Shown here piece after piece: positions 13,692-27,053 of a DNA stretch of 64,000 nucleotides. The notes below the pieces were generated by a model. That model saw only the letters and a program-made list of their open reading frames with translations, did no database searches and was not told the origin of the DNA. Both the position numbers and the translations under genes were made by a program. Position 1 is the first letter of the stretch. Each line of letters opens with the position of its first letter. Source of the stretch: Veleropilina oligotropha (taxonomy: Eukaryota); NCBI GenBank assembly GCA_048128005.1, contig JBEUKZ010000002.1:124001-188000 (forward strand). The letters run 5' to 3'.

Positions 13692-14168
13692 AGCCACGTT
13701 TACACGAACACAAAAATAGTGAATTTCAATCCGGATATTTACTTATCTAGATACATCCGGATAACTGTTTGCCGTGTAACGGTTCATGTACATAATATCC
13801 GGATGAATTTTTCTGGATTTGAATCCACCTACCGAGGTAGATTTGAATCCGGTATTTTGCGTTATCCGGATTGAATTTGCCCGTGTGAACGGTTCGTCGA
13901 TCAATCCGGTATCTAATTAAGGACGCGCATGCGTATAACCATAGCGAAGATTGGGCAACCGCCATATCGCCATTATGAGTTGCTGCTATTGAAATACGCA
14001 TGCGCTTTACTCTATCCGGATAACTTGCAATATACGGGCCGTGTGCAAATTATCCGGATAGAGTAAGCCCGTGTTAACGGGTACAATGTTACGTGGTTTA
14101 TTATCTGTTATCTGGATAACTGTTATCCGGATTAAATTTGATTTTACTTTGGACGTGTAAACGGGGCT
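13692..14168. mobile_element. Harbinger-like MITE
   Basis: TIRs agccacgtttacacg / cgtgtaaacggggct, ATA on both sides, many internal atccggat palindromes. Confidence 0.7.
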
Positions 14169-15454
14169 ATACACACCGCGGAAATCTATTGAAAATTGCA
14201 AGCTGTCACCCCTTAAAACATTCAATTGCCCAACATAAAGCTCAAATAATGCTCTAGAGAGATTACGAGAATTAGGGGGACTCTTCCGTTGGCATGGTGC
14301 ATTCTTTTGTCTCTCAATTTAGCATGGCCAGACAACCCAGTTGACCATTGTCTGGGAGCATTGGGTCAATTAACGCTAGGAGGCCTTTTGTTCAGATAAT
14401 CTAGCCATAGGTGTGTATGAGTACATAACATCTTATATGCATGAGTAAATAATGTTCTATCATCATTCATTCTGCATTATCCCAGCTTTCATTTGATATC
14501 GCAATAACCCCAAATCCCCTTTTGTTACAGTATACGTATCACGGATATCGCCAGTTCGTGGAATCCTCAAACGCTGGTACCAGTAAAAAGAAGTACTTAA
14601 ATATACCATATACATTGCATTCGTCCAGCTAGGTCTGGTTCAACGCGTACCGTCCAAGGATGGAACCAGCTCTTGAGGCCACATGGGAAACCTTCCTGGC
14701 ACACAAGAGGCGTTCAAGGCAAAGCACACTTGCAGCGCCCAGAAGTGCTCGGAGCACCACATACCGCCTCGCAAGACAGTGTGCCAACGATTACCGGCAG
14801 CAACTGTTCGAAGGAATATAGCGCAGTGCAGATTCAAGCAACATTTGCGGCATGTACAATTGCAAAATAATTGCCATAGGACCTTCCCTTGCGTGTAAGG
14901 CATCGGCCCCCCTCTCAGATCTCTGAATGGAGAAGAGATCACTGACCGCGAGAAACAGATGGCCAGATTGGTTACTGTATTCTCGTGAAACGTTGATCTT
15001 CGACGCCGTCCTTGGCATCACAAAATAATTGCCCATCATGGAGGATCCGGATGAGGAGCCATCACTGAAAGACCCGAGCAATGTTATCGACGCCCCAAAT
15101 GCTCCAGGCAGCGACACAATATCACCTGAGCATGGCCAAGCTGCCATGCTTCAGTCCCTTCTCTGTCTCTTCTGGGATATAAGAGCAGTCACCTAGGATA
15201 TGCGAAACGCCATCATCGTGACGAGCAAAGGCGATCGCAGCGACTTCAACAACTACAGAGGATTATCCCGCCTAAGCATCGTTGGCAAAGTGTATGCCCG
15301 CGTCCTCCTCAATATACTGCTGCTCGCGGACATCGTCTATCCAGAGTCCCAGTGCGACTCTATGGCGGGCGTGTCGACGACTGACATGATCTCCCCCCCC
15401 ACCCCCAGCTTCAGGAGAAGATTAGAGAACAAGGCCCGCCGCTCTATATAATGC

Positions 15455-17120
15455 AACACTCGTGACCCACACCGAGGATGCCGTTTGAGGCATCGCCTAT
15501 ATGGAACGAGTTGAGCCGACGTTCTTGCCTCATGTATATGGTCCATGTTTCGCTTCCACTATGTAAGGTACTGAGGACGCAGGAATGATACACTCAGTCA
15601 TGGAGTATTCTGTCAGCTCTTTGTTTTTCCAAACCCTCTTTGTCAGCATGGCCATGATGGTGTTAGCCTTCCCGAGCCGATGGTTGAGTTCGACACCGAG
15701 TGAGAGGCTGTTTCTAATAAATGGTAGACCCCAAGTAGATAAAGCTGTCTCCGTCTTCAAGGATAACGCTGTCGATGGTGATGGGGGGAGGATTAGTGAA
15801 ATTTTGTACCATGACGCTCGTCTGCAGGCTGATGGTGAGCTCAAGCTACTTGCATGCATCCTCGCTTGGTCTCTGGGTGCATCCTCGGTGTGGCCCACGA
15901 GGCTGCATCATCGGCGAAAAGCATCTCCTGATGAGTACCATCCCGACCTTGGTATTCGAACGCAGTCGTGTCAGATTGAGCAACTTCCCATCCGACCTGG
16001 TTTGCAGATTGGCGCCGTCAGTGGACGATTTGAAGGCATATGTCAGGATGAGGGAAATTATCCAGAAGAGGGTCTGTGCTAGCAAGCAGCCATCCTTGGA
16101 TCCGTTCCTGATGGGGAAGGAGTCTGAGGAGAAACCATCATATGGGACTGCTCTCGTCATGTCAGCGTGGAATGAGATCACCATGCAGGATGATGCTGTG
16201 CAGCTTTTTGTTGTCTGCCCATCTTCCTGTGGAGTTCACATAAGACCTTCCTGCTGACAAGGTCGAAACAGCATCATATAGAGCGACTGGCCTTGTTCTC
16301 TACTCTTCCCCTGGATCTGGCGGAGGGAGAAGATCATGTCGGTCGTCGACCTGCTTGCCCTGGGACTCTGGGTAGATGCGGTTCACAAACATCTGCATTG
16401 AGGAGGATGCGGCCATACACTTTGCAAACAATGCTGAGTGGGGATATTCCTCTGTAATTGTTGACATTGGTGCGAATACCATTATTCTTGTAGCTCCTCA
16501 CGATGGGCCATAGCGTTCCGCATGTCTTGGCGCACTGCTACCTTATCCTAGCAGACACAGAGAAGGAACAGAAACAGGGCAGATTCTACATTTAATGGCT
16601 TCAAGTGGGATGTTGTCGCTGCCTGGAGCATTTACCAATGGGAAGGCGTCCATGATATCGCTCGGTTCTTCAAGTGATGGTACCTCATCTGGACCCCGCA
16701 TGATGGGCAATTCTTTTTTATGCTAAGGGAGGCGTCTGAGATCAACATTTCACGATAATACAGTAACCCATCTGGTCATCTGTTTCTCACGGTCGTTGAT
16801 CTCTTCTCCATTCAGAGATCTGAAAGGGGGGGGGGGGTCGATGCCTTTCACACCACGGACGGCCTGTGTCAATCGTTTTGAAATTGCACATGCCGCAAAT
16901 GTTGCTAGAATCTGCACTGCCCTATATTCCTTCGAACAGTTGCTGCCGGCATTCGTTGACACACTGCGAAGCGATGTGTGGTGCTCCGATGACTTCTGAG
17001 CGCTGCATGTGTGCTTTGACTTGGATGCCTCTTGTATGCCAGGAAGGCTTCCCATTAAACTTCAAATGCTGGTTCTATCATTGGAAGGTACGCGTTGACC
17101 CAGACCTGGCTGGACGAATG
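15455..17120 (-). pseudogene. Degraded RTE-clade LINE; an inverted partial copy lies on + at 14620-15452
   Basis: Fragments YPESQ, SDSFPIRNGSKDGCLLAQTLF, TRSDGKLLNLTRLRSNTKV and ELNHRLGKA; the + copy reads KGDRSDFNNYRGLSRLSIVGKVYARVLL. Confidence 0.8.
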
Positions 17121-18992
17121 CAATGTATATGATACATTTAAGTAACTTTTATTACAGGTACAAGCGTTCGAGGATTCCACGAATTGGCGATATCCATGAT
17201 ACATGTACTGTAACAAAAGTGGATTTGGGGCTATTGTCATATCAATTGCAAGCTGGGATAATGCAGTATGATAGAAAATTATTTACTCGTGCATATAAGG
17301 TCTTATGTACTCTTATTTTATATACATAAGACAATCTGAAATATTTTAGTCATTTCCGCATTACGAAGAGAAAAAGTGGAGTAATATTGCTATTCAACCC
17401 AACCCCAGTTACGGCAAGCAATAATCCATTAAATCTGCTATATGCATTTTTGCTATCATGCAATATTAACCACCACAGACACTGAAAGAACAAGAGTGTT
17501 GAATATTGCGTGACATCGATGATAAAATCGATGTTTTTAGAGTACCATGAAGTATGGTTCAGGGGACCCCGTCCAGAAAAATTATGGGGTCGGACGGTTG
17601 TATGTGTGTGGGTGGGGGGGGGGGGGTGTTGCATAGACACCATACCTGGTCCTTTTTCCTGCAAATCAACAATATATTAAAATAAAATTTAAATACAGTT
17701 CTAGTCTAGTTTGCAACAGAAACGGTTAGTAAAAGAAAATTTTGGCATCTGGAGAACGTTTTTGATGAACCGGGGGTATATGTGAGATACAGTATCAAAT
17801 ATGATATGGGGGCTATGGAGACGTTTCTGTTATCAATTGAAAGCTGGGATAATGTAGAATGCTAGAAACCTATTCATTCATTCATATCAGGCGTTATGTG
17901 CTCTTATTATTGTATATATATAACTTGTACAAGCTGAAATATTGTAGTCGCTTCCACATTACAATGAAAAAGTAGGGTTCCGCTATTCAACCCTAATCCA
18001 GAACAAGTGATTGCCACTAAATGGCGATTGTCCCCCGCCTCCAACATTGATAAATGAACTGAATTTTTTAACAAAATGCAGGCTCCCAGAAACAGTAATG
18101 ACATTTCAACTAGGCCACTGTATTGATTATCAGAATTTGGCAAACATTGGTTATCGACAATCATGATTTTTTATATAATTTAAGAGACAATGGTCAAAAG
18201 GTGACCAAAACGACCAGATTCTGAAAATAATTTCTATCATTCCACCTTCACCTACCCCATAATGTGAGTAGTTGATCAGTAAACTTTCAGAAAGGTAGCA
18301 TTTCTCTCAATTGGAAAAATGGTTGTGAAAAAATAACCACATACTGTACATGATTACCGAGACTATATTCAAAACGGCCAAAAATACAAAATATTTGACC
18401 TTGATGTGCCCCATGTTGTGATTAGATGATCTGTAAAGTTTCAGAATGATAGCATTTGTCTAAATGGAAAAATTAGTTGTGAGAATATTTACTACATCCA
18501 TACTTCTAGAGACTATGTTCAAAATCGCAAAAAAATATTCTAAATTCCCATTATTCGAACTTGATCTGCCCCACATTGTTATTAGTTGATCTGTAAAGTT
18601 TCAGAAAGATAGGCGGCGGGGGAAAATAAATTAGTAACTTTGTGGTCAAAGATTTACTTTCAGAGACTATCAGTATAAAGTTGCCAAAAAAAAAAAATTT
18701 AAACAAAAAATTCAATGTTCAAATTTGATGTAGCCAATAATGTGGTAAATTGACTTGTAAAGATTCATAAAGCCAGGATGTCTATAATAATTTAGTGAGT
18801 TTGTGGTCAAACATTTAATTCCAGAGACTATGTACAAAGTTGCGAAAAAAATATTAATTTTTAAAATAAATTCTCATTATTCAAACTTGATATAGCCTAT
18901 AATGTGTTTAATTGATCTGAGAAGCCAGACTGTCAGGTAATGAACAAAATATTACTGAGTTTGATGTTCACATTTAAGCTTCCAGAGACTAT

Positions 18993-21900
18993 TAGACCAG
19001 GAGCTAATTCATGTAGGACCTCTAAAAATGGAATTGGTTCAACACCCACCACAACCAAGGTTTGCCTTAACATGGTGGTAGGATGGACCCTCCAGAGCAC
19101 CCCCAGGTAGTATGTAAGCTAAAATTGTGGTATCACTTTTTATTACAAGACATTTTAAAGGTGGGTGTGGAGGGAGGTGCAGCGAGCATAAAATTATGGT
19201 GATATGGGTAACATAATTGATCATATCTTCGCCAATATTGATCACATGTTAATATGTTTGGTATCAATTGATCCGTCTTAACATCATGAAGGTAATCAAC
19301 AAGAACAGCATTATGAAGAAACCAGGTATGATTTCTCCGCACTTCAAGATGTTTAGAAAAAGAGAACTTTCTTGACCTAGTTTGCAGTCGCTATTCTGAA
19401 TGAATTCCAATAAGCATGATAAGTGTATCAAATATATTTCAAATTTGTGTTACGGAGCTGTAGTTAGTGTTGGGAATCACTTCAAATTTCTACACACCCT
19501 GAGTCGAAAGCCACCATAATTATCCAAGCTTGCCAAATTGTAGCTGCTACCATCATGGTTAATCGCTGTTGTATGTTTCATTTTCCAGATTGGGGCAAAT
19601 AGCTGCAGATACACATGGCCAGTCTAGATGAGGAAGAGCAGCCAAGTACCAGCCTTCTACCTCCCAAAAGAAAGAAGCACACAAGGATACAGTCCGAGTA
19701 GACGAAAGAGAGATGAAGAAGATGTCCAAAAGGTGCTGTCCAGCTTCACATCAGATCTCATGACAGATCCATTCTCTCTTGATGGAGTGCAAGAAGACAA
19801 CGAAGATGCCCTGCCTCTGATCAACATTGCGACAGAAGTTGTGATGCCAATGGATGATGCCCAGCGCTTACTACAATGCGATGAGATAGCCAAATCACAG
19901 ATGATGACATTTGTGGAACAGAGGCTCAAGAACAATGACGTGTCCTTCTGGAATGTCATACCAAACCTCAAAATGAAGACATTCGGCTCACTGGCAAAGA
20001 AAAAGAAAGTGAAGACAGCCGACGAGAAAATTATCACTATTTCTGCTGATCGTGCCTTATTTGGCCGTCTGGTGATCTCTGCAAAGTCCAGAGATATCAG
20101 CCTGAAAGAGGTGCACAGCTACGAACTGTCAACAGTTCCCTACTCTCTTGCTCATTCAGATGGCAGTCTCGGGAAAACAACAAAGAGCGTACAACTATCA
20201 GAGATGGAGAAGAAGGTGGACGTGCAGGCGAAACTTCCAGCACCAGTCGAATGGATGACAACGGCATGCATGATTGATATCATGGCTTCAGTGCAGATGC
20301 TGAAGGCTGCTGGTTCTTCAACCTTCGGACAGTTGACTGCCAAGCACTATGACGTCATCACAGCACCATTTGGCCAACATGGATGCCTGCGTGTTGACGT
20401 TGTCTTTGACCAGTACATGACGAAGTCCATCAAAGCTGGAGAGAGAGCCAAGCGTGGAGCATCTACTGCCTTAGAGATTAAAATCCAAGGCCCAGCTACA
20501 CCAATGCCTAAACATTGGGCAAAATACATAGCCAATTCACAAAACAAGAAGAACCTCCCTTTTTGGCCGACACATGGTGCCAGATGGCACAAGAGAAATT
20601 AGATGGTTCTTGGCGGTGGCTTCAGGGATGGCGAGAGGGCAGTCTTGGTGACCAAAGGACAATGCGAAGATGTGCCAAACCTGATATCAGACCATGAGGA
20701 AGCAGATACTCGACTACTGTTGCATGCTAGGCATGCCTCGCAATATCACACCAAGATAGTTATCCAATCACCTGACACTGATGTAGCAATATTGTGTGCT
20801 GCACATTTCAACAGTCTTGGCTGTGATGAACTATGGTTCCGAACCGGGGTAAAGGACAAACTCCGATTCGTCCCCATGCACAGTCTGGCCAGCGAACTAG
20901 GGCCACAACTACGTGATACACTGCTGCCACTGCATGCAATGACTGGCTGTGACTTCAACAGTTCACTTGCTGGGGTTGGAAAGAAGAAGGCGTTCGGCAT
21001 ATTATGTGGGAGTGATGTGCACCAAAAAGGCTTGTCACAGTTGGGCAAAGAAACTGCAATGAGCGAATACACTGTCTCGGCATGTGAAGCCTTTGTGTGC
21101 AGGCTGTACACAGTAGAGACTGAGAAGGCTGGCAGCAAAGTAGATGATGTAAGATACTGGATGTTCTGACAGAAGGGTCAGAAGAATGAGGGACTGCCTC
21201 CGACGTCAGACATCCTCATTCAACATATGAAGAGAGCGAACTTTCAATCCACTGTGTGGCGGAAGGCACTGGATGCCAGGCAGAACCTCCCAAACCCTGA
21301 AGAACACGGCTGGACCCTATCAGATGGTGTTCTGCAACCTGTTCTGATGAAAAAGGAGCCAGCACCTCGTGGACTGATAGAATTAACAGCATGTCGCTGT
21401 AAGAATTCATCCTGTCGCCGAGCAGACTGTGCTTGTATGACAAGCAACCTGTCATGCACGGAGGCCTGTGCCTGTTTTGCATCTGAGGGCTGTCAAAACC
21501 CAAACACCATGCTGCATGATGACGGTGACAATGACGATCAAATTTAAGGACACTATTATGGCATTTACAAGTATCACGTTTCCGCTGGGTAATTGCCATT
21601 ATTCCATGCACCTACACTGTCAAGAACTCCTTAAGATTACATGTAATACACACTCCCCCAGCACTGTAGTATAGAGCAATGAGAACTAATTCTGCAGTCA
21701 TTGTAATGTACTTGTATCAAGATTTACACCATGAAAATCCTGTAAAAATGAACAGTCGTGTGACCTTTTGACCTGAAGCGACCTTGTAGTTTGGAAAATG
21801 TCATGTAATGTTTTGGCATAGTGCTAACACAATAAATTACCCACATTTTCGTACCAACAGCTTGATGATTGGTTGAATATTGGTAAAGATATTAGCTATT

Positions 21901-22113
21901 ATGTGAACAGTACCCCAAATTATTATCGGACGCCATGCCGCCCCATTCCCCCATCTATGAAATGGTTTGTAAAAAAAAAGTGATACCACAATTTGAGCTT
22001 ACATACTACCTAGGGGTGTTCTAGATGGTCTATTCTACCACCCTGTCAAGTCAAACCCTGGTTGTGGTGGGTGTTGAACGACAATTATTTTCCAGGTCCG
22101 TGCTCCTGGACTA
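18993..22113 (+). mobile_element. Academ-superfamily DNA transposon, internally deleted
   Basis: TAG...CTA termini (tagaccaggagc / gctcctggacta), long imperfect TIRs (~18993-19160 vs ~21960-22113), 3-bp TAT duplication, XPG/PIN plus Cys-rich protein inside. Confidence 0.8.
19628..21547 (+). pseudogene. C-terminal half of an Academ protein (XPG/PIN-like nuclease and Cys-rich zinc finger), disrupted
   Basis: Motifs RVDVVFDQY, HEEADTRLLLHA, SPDTDV, TGCD..S.AGVGKKKA, LPPT and CRCKNSSC..C.C...CTEACAC. In-frame stops at 20600-20602 and 21167-21169, with a frame disturbance near 20560. Confidence 0.8.
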
Positions 22114-25100
22114 TATGTTCACAGTTGCCCAAACTATTAAATTGTTAAAATACTTTTTCATTATTCGATCTTGAAGTAGCCTTTAATGTGGTTACTTGAT
22201 CAAACTTGCCCAAAAATATATTGAATTTTTAAAATAAAATAATTTCTCCTAACTCGAACTTGATGTATGTAGCCTATAATATGGTTAATTGATCTGTAAA
22301 GATTCAGAAAGCTAACAAGTCTGTAAAGGAAAAATAATTTAATGAGTTTTGGGTACAAATTTAAGTCCAAAGTTGTCAAAAATTATATTCAATTTTTAAA
22401 ATAAATTCTCAATAATCGAACTTGATCTACCCCATGATGTGATTTGTTGATCTAATTTCTCTAAATGACAAAAAAAGATGACAGAAAAATCCGGGACGGA
22501 AACACGGACGCACGGACGGACGGACGGAAGGACGGACGGACGGACGGACGCACGGACGTGAATACTATGTCCCCCGTCCGCCTCGCGGCGGGGGACAAAA
22601 ACATGGGAAAGGGGGGGGTTGTATGTGGAGGGGGTGGACTTGCACCATACCTGGTCCCATCCCTACAAATTTAATAATATATTTAACTTTAATAAGATAT
22701 ATGTGCAGTTCTAATATAGTTTGCACCATAAGCGGTTAGAAAAATGAAATTGTGGCATCAGGTGTACATTTTTGATGAACCGGCGGTATCTTTGAGATGC
22801 TGTATCAAATAGTATTTGGGAGCTATGGAGATGTTTCTCGTATCAAATGAAAGCTGGGATAATGTAGAATGCTAGAAAACTATTTATTCGTGTATAATGG
22901 GGGTTATGCACTCTTATTATATATCTATATATATAACTTGTAAAAGCTGGAATATTTTTGTCCATTCCGCTAAGATGAAAAAGGGGGGTGGCGTACTGCC
23001 ATTCAACCCCCGTTTTGACAACCAATAATCCATTAAATCTGCAATATGAATATTTAAGATGGTCAGTAGTTGACCAAATTTATTTTGATGCATACAGTTT
23101 TGATATGGAGCAAAATTAACCACATTAGAAACTGAAAAGACCAAGAGTGTTGAATATGACGCGACAGCGACGAAAAAATCGATGTTTTGAGGGTACCATA
23201 AAATATATCTCCAAAATGGATAGTTACTCCCAGTTTATTCACTGTTACCAGTTGATTTCCTCCCCAGGGGGCCCCAATGGTCCAGAAAACACAGGGTCGG
23301 AGGGTTATAGACACCATACCTGGTCCTTTTTCCGGCAAATCAATAATATATTAAAATAAAATTTAAATACAATTATAGTCTAGTTTGCAACAGAAGCGGT
23401 TAGAAAAAGAAAATTGTGGCATCTAGAGAACGTTTTTGATGAACCGGGGGTATATGTGAGATACAGTATCAAATATGATATGGGGGCTATGGCGACGTTT
23501 CTGGTATCAATTGAAAGCTGGGATAATGTAGAATGCTAGAAACCTATTAATTCATTCATATAAGGCGTTATGTGCTCTTATTTTTGTATATATATAACTT
23601 GTACAAGCTGAAATATTGTAGTCGCTTCCACATAACAATGAAAAAGTTGGGTTCCGCTATTCAACCCCAATCCAGAAAAACATGGGATCGGAGGGGGGGG
23701 GGGTTGCATGTGGAGGGGGTGCACTTACACCATACCTGGTCCCATCCCTACAAAATCAATAATATATTTAATTTTAATAAGATATATGTGCAGTTCTAAT
23801 ATAGTTTGCAACAGAAGCAGTTAAACAAATTAAATTGTGGCATCATGTGTCCATTTTTGATGAACCGGCGGTATCTTTGAGATGCTGTATCAAATAGTAT
23901 TTGGGAGCTATGGAGATGTTTCTGGTATCAAATGAAAGCTGGGATAATGTAGAATGCTAGAAAACTATTTATTCGTGTATTTTGGGGGTTATGCACTCTT
24001 ATTATATATATATAACTTGTAAAAGCTGGAATATTTTTTCCATTCCGCTAAGATGAAAAAGGGGTTGGGGGTACTGCCATTCAACCCCTGTTTTTACAAC
24101 CAATAATCCATTAAATCTGCAATATGAATATTTTATGATGGTCAGTAGTTGACCAGCTTTATTTTGATGCATACAGTTTTGCTATGAAGCAATATTAACC
24201 ACTTTATAAACTGAAAAGACCAAGATTGTTGAATATGACGTGACAGCGACGAAAAAATCGATGTTTTGAGGGTACCATCAAATATAGCTCCCAAATGGAT
24301 AGTTACTCCCAGTTTATTCACTGTCACCAGTTGATTTACACCCCAATGGACCCCAATGGTCCAGAAAAAAACAATGGGTCGGAGGGTTGTGTGCGCGCGT
24401 GTGTGTGTGTGTGTGTGGGGGGGGGGGGGGGTAGATAAACCACAATCCCTAATTAACGTGTGCTCAACGACTTCTTCGAGTTACAGGTCCCAGGCGACAA
24501 GTTGTAATCCGATCTTTTCAGAAAATGACATTGTTTGTTAATAATTTGTAATTTGTTGCATTTATGGGGAACATACATACTAGTAATATGATGACATCTT
24601 TATGTCGTGTAAAGACAGTAAGATGACATAATACCTAGCTAAAGGCCTATAAAAGGCCTGTTTATACAGAAAGCGACCACGAATGCGATCACGACCGCAA
24701 ACGCGGTCGCATTTGATTGATTGAATAATAAATACATGTTACCGTTTAAACTGACTGCGACCACGAATGCAGGTCGCTTGGTTCGTACGGAAAACCGCCG
24801 ATATTTCCCCCAGAGCGAAGTTTTAGACATTGGTCGCGAACTATTGTGTATCAGACAATGGGCGAGTTCGATCACGACAATGTTCGACTATGGTCGCGGG
24901 TTCGGAGGCTTTCGGAGGAGCTTCGGTGATCTCCGATTAAAATCAGATATGGAAGGAAATTTGGTATTTAGACGAGTTCATTTAAAAAATATGGTGGGTA
25001 GACCAGCTTTTCTCGTGTTTTGTCCAGTTGTTCATTCTGTTCATGCACCAATCGTCATCTTCATCAGAATGCAGTTTGATATATTATAGGCTACTCAAAT

Positions 25101-25564
25101 ACATTAAAAGTATATTTTATTTTATGCCAGGTGGTGGTGATAGTGAGGGGATTCAAATTATAGCTATATTTTTATATTCAGATTTACATCGGATCGTGCA
25201 TAAAATGTAGGCGCTCCAAAGTTCATATAGTTTTAGGAAATATTGTTAATAAAAATCACAATATCAATGCACAATGTGGAACACCATAACACTTAATTTT
25301 AATATAGAATAGGCAGACGATCAGCGTCAGTTTAGAAGTGGTGCTCATCTGAAATGACATATTAACTTATATATATATTGTGAATAGTTTATTAGGCCAC
25401 TGTGTCGTGTTAGCATTGCTAAATGGAGTAATTTAGTCCGAATGACTCGATAATCTGAAAAAGACAACTATATTACAATGTTGGAATTTTTTTAAAGCAC
25501 CACATTTCTTTGTGTTACGTGTAAAAAATACATGTATGACATTTAATGACCAGAAGGCCTAATC

Positions 25565-26151
25565 TACTCAACCAAAAAAGAAACGCACACCCACTTGTAT
25601 ATAATTTCACTAGGTTAACAATTGGCCAAAATTTAATGCAAGAAAACATATCTGGGTCTTTATTTCATCTATAAATGAAATAAATGAAAGATAATTTTTT
25701 CGCCCAAAGAATAATAGCGGAAAATATTAAAATGCGAACCGTCCGTGCGTGCGCGCATCCGTCCGCCCGTTCAAATTATCTTTTCCGGACCGTATCTCAT
25801 AAATCGCTCAACAAATCTTTATGAATTTTGGTGGGTGTATTGATCAGTTGGTGGAATGGTGGCTTTGTAAATTTTAATGTTGTTAGGATATTATTGACAG
25901 AGTAACTGCCTTTGTTGTTATTTAAGATAATTTGCACGGGCGGACGTACACGCGCATGCTCGGATGGTCTTCAATTTAATAACCCCCTCACATTTTTGGC
26001 AGGGAATAAGTATTTTTAATTTAATTCATTACTGAAGGAAAGAAAGTTAGTGTCTCGGAAATGTTTTCTGCCTTAAATTTTCGCAAATTGTTATTAACCT
26101 AGGAACATTAATATCTACAATTGGGATGTGCGTTTCTTTTTGGGTTGAGTA
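25565..26151. mobile_element. Tc1/mariner-like MITE containing HINE-like 5' fragments
   Basis: TIRs tactcaaccaaaaaagaaacgcac / gtgcgtttctttttgggttgagta, with TA at the right end. Confidence 0.6.
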
Positions 26152-26403
26152 TATATTATATCAGGGTTATAAAATGTAAATGTATATATAATTATGGCAA
26201 TGCTTTATTTTAAAAATAAACACAAACACCAGATCGTACATAATCAGGCGCACATACAGGATAGATAGTATGTGACCTTTATACGAATAAGGTCCGAATA
26301 AATTATCGCCTTTTAAGCAGTCATGGAACATTCCAATCATTTGACCCACGATTTTTTAATGCCAAATGATGTTTGAACTTCAGAAGGTGTGTCATACATA
26401 TTA

Positions 26404-27053
26404 GGTCCATTCGAGTGGTAGATTCCGTTGAGTACGGAATTGGATGCGCAGTAGCCAAAGACGAAAAATCGTACTCAACGGAAAATTACCACCCGAATGG
26501 AAATTGTTGACAACAATAAATTAATGGCCCATGTCGTCTAGCAGACGACCGTGTATATGCAGCCAGTTGGTAGAATTTCATTTGCTATCTTGAATAAATT
26601 ACAACATGGATGCAATTATGATGACTTCAGTGTAATTCGCTACACAATTTAATTAGCGTACAACTCGCTAAAAGGCCGCACCTGTATTTGATTGGATAAG
26701 AGCACGAATTCTGAAATCACTCGTTTGACTACTCGTTCGATCCAAACCAAAACAACTCGGTAAAAGGTAACATACAATTCGGTTAAAATCTCATATTGTT
26801 TTCTTTTTATTTAATTTTGTCAATATAATTAAACTATTTCCCTCAACTTTAGATACACGTAATTTTTCGTTTTAACTGTTATAGCTTCTCGCTACAACTG
26901 GTGATCGCACTGTGTTTATTTCAAGTGTTATTTAACGCACAAAAAGTTCCGTTGAGTTGCGTACTCAACGAAACTTTGCATCATGACCAGTCGAATACAA
27001 ATTGTGCTTAACAGTTGGCATGCACTCAACGTAAAGTACCACTCGAATGGGCC
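26404..27053. mobile_element. MITE
   Basis: TIRs ggtccattcgagtggta...ccgttgagt / actcaacg...taccactcgaatgggcc, plus an internal hairpin copy at 26405-26500. Confidence 0.55.

Larger units (their letters stand above)
18004..22598 (-). mobile_element. HINE-like element with internal tandem repeats, hosting the Academ insertion
   Basis: One end caagtgattgcca..tggcgattgtccccc; the other (ggac)n plus tgtcccccg..cgggggaca. Inserted at tccagaa|aaacatggg; the empty site is visible in a sister subunit at 23671. Confidence 0.75.
11205..24450. mobile_element. Large fold-back structure with modular arms (alternating ~415 and ~665 bp subunits) around an RTE-derived centre
   Basis: 11215-12360 is the reverse complement of ~23270-24440; 13440-13575 of ~17330-17460; 14415-15452 of ~16275-17320. 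The ggaccaggtatgg/ccatacctggtcc landmark recurs at ~11215, 11880, 12295 and at 17640, 22646, 23314, 23730. Confidence 0.75.

Noticed and set aside
19628..21547. Host FEN1/XPG or tesmin gene
   Set aside because: It is bounded by TIRs with a TSD, intronless and disrupted; the domain order fits Academ.
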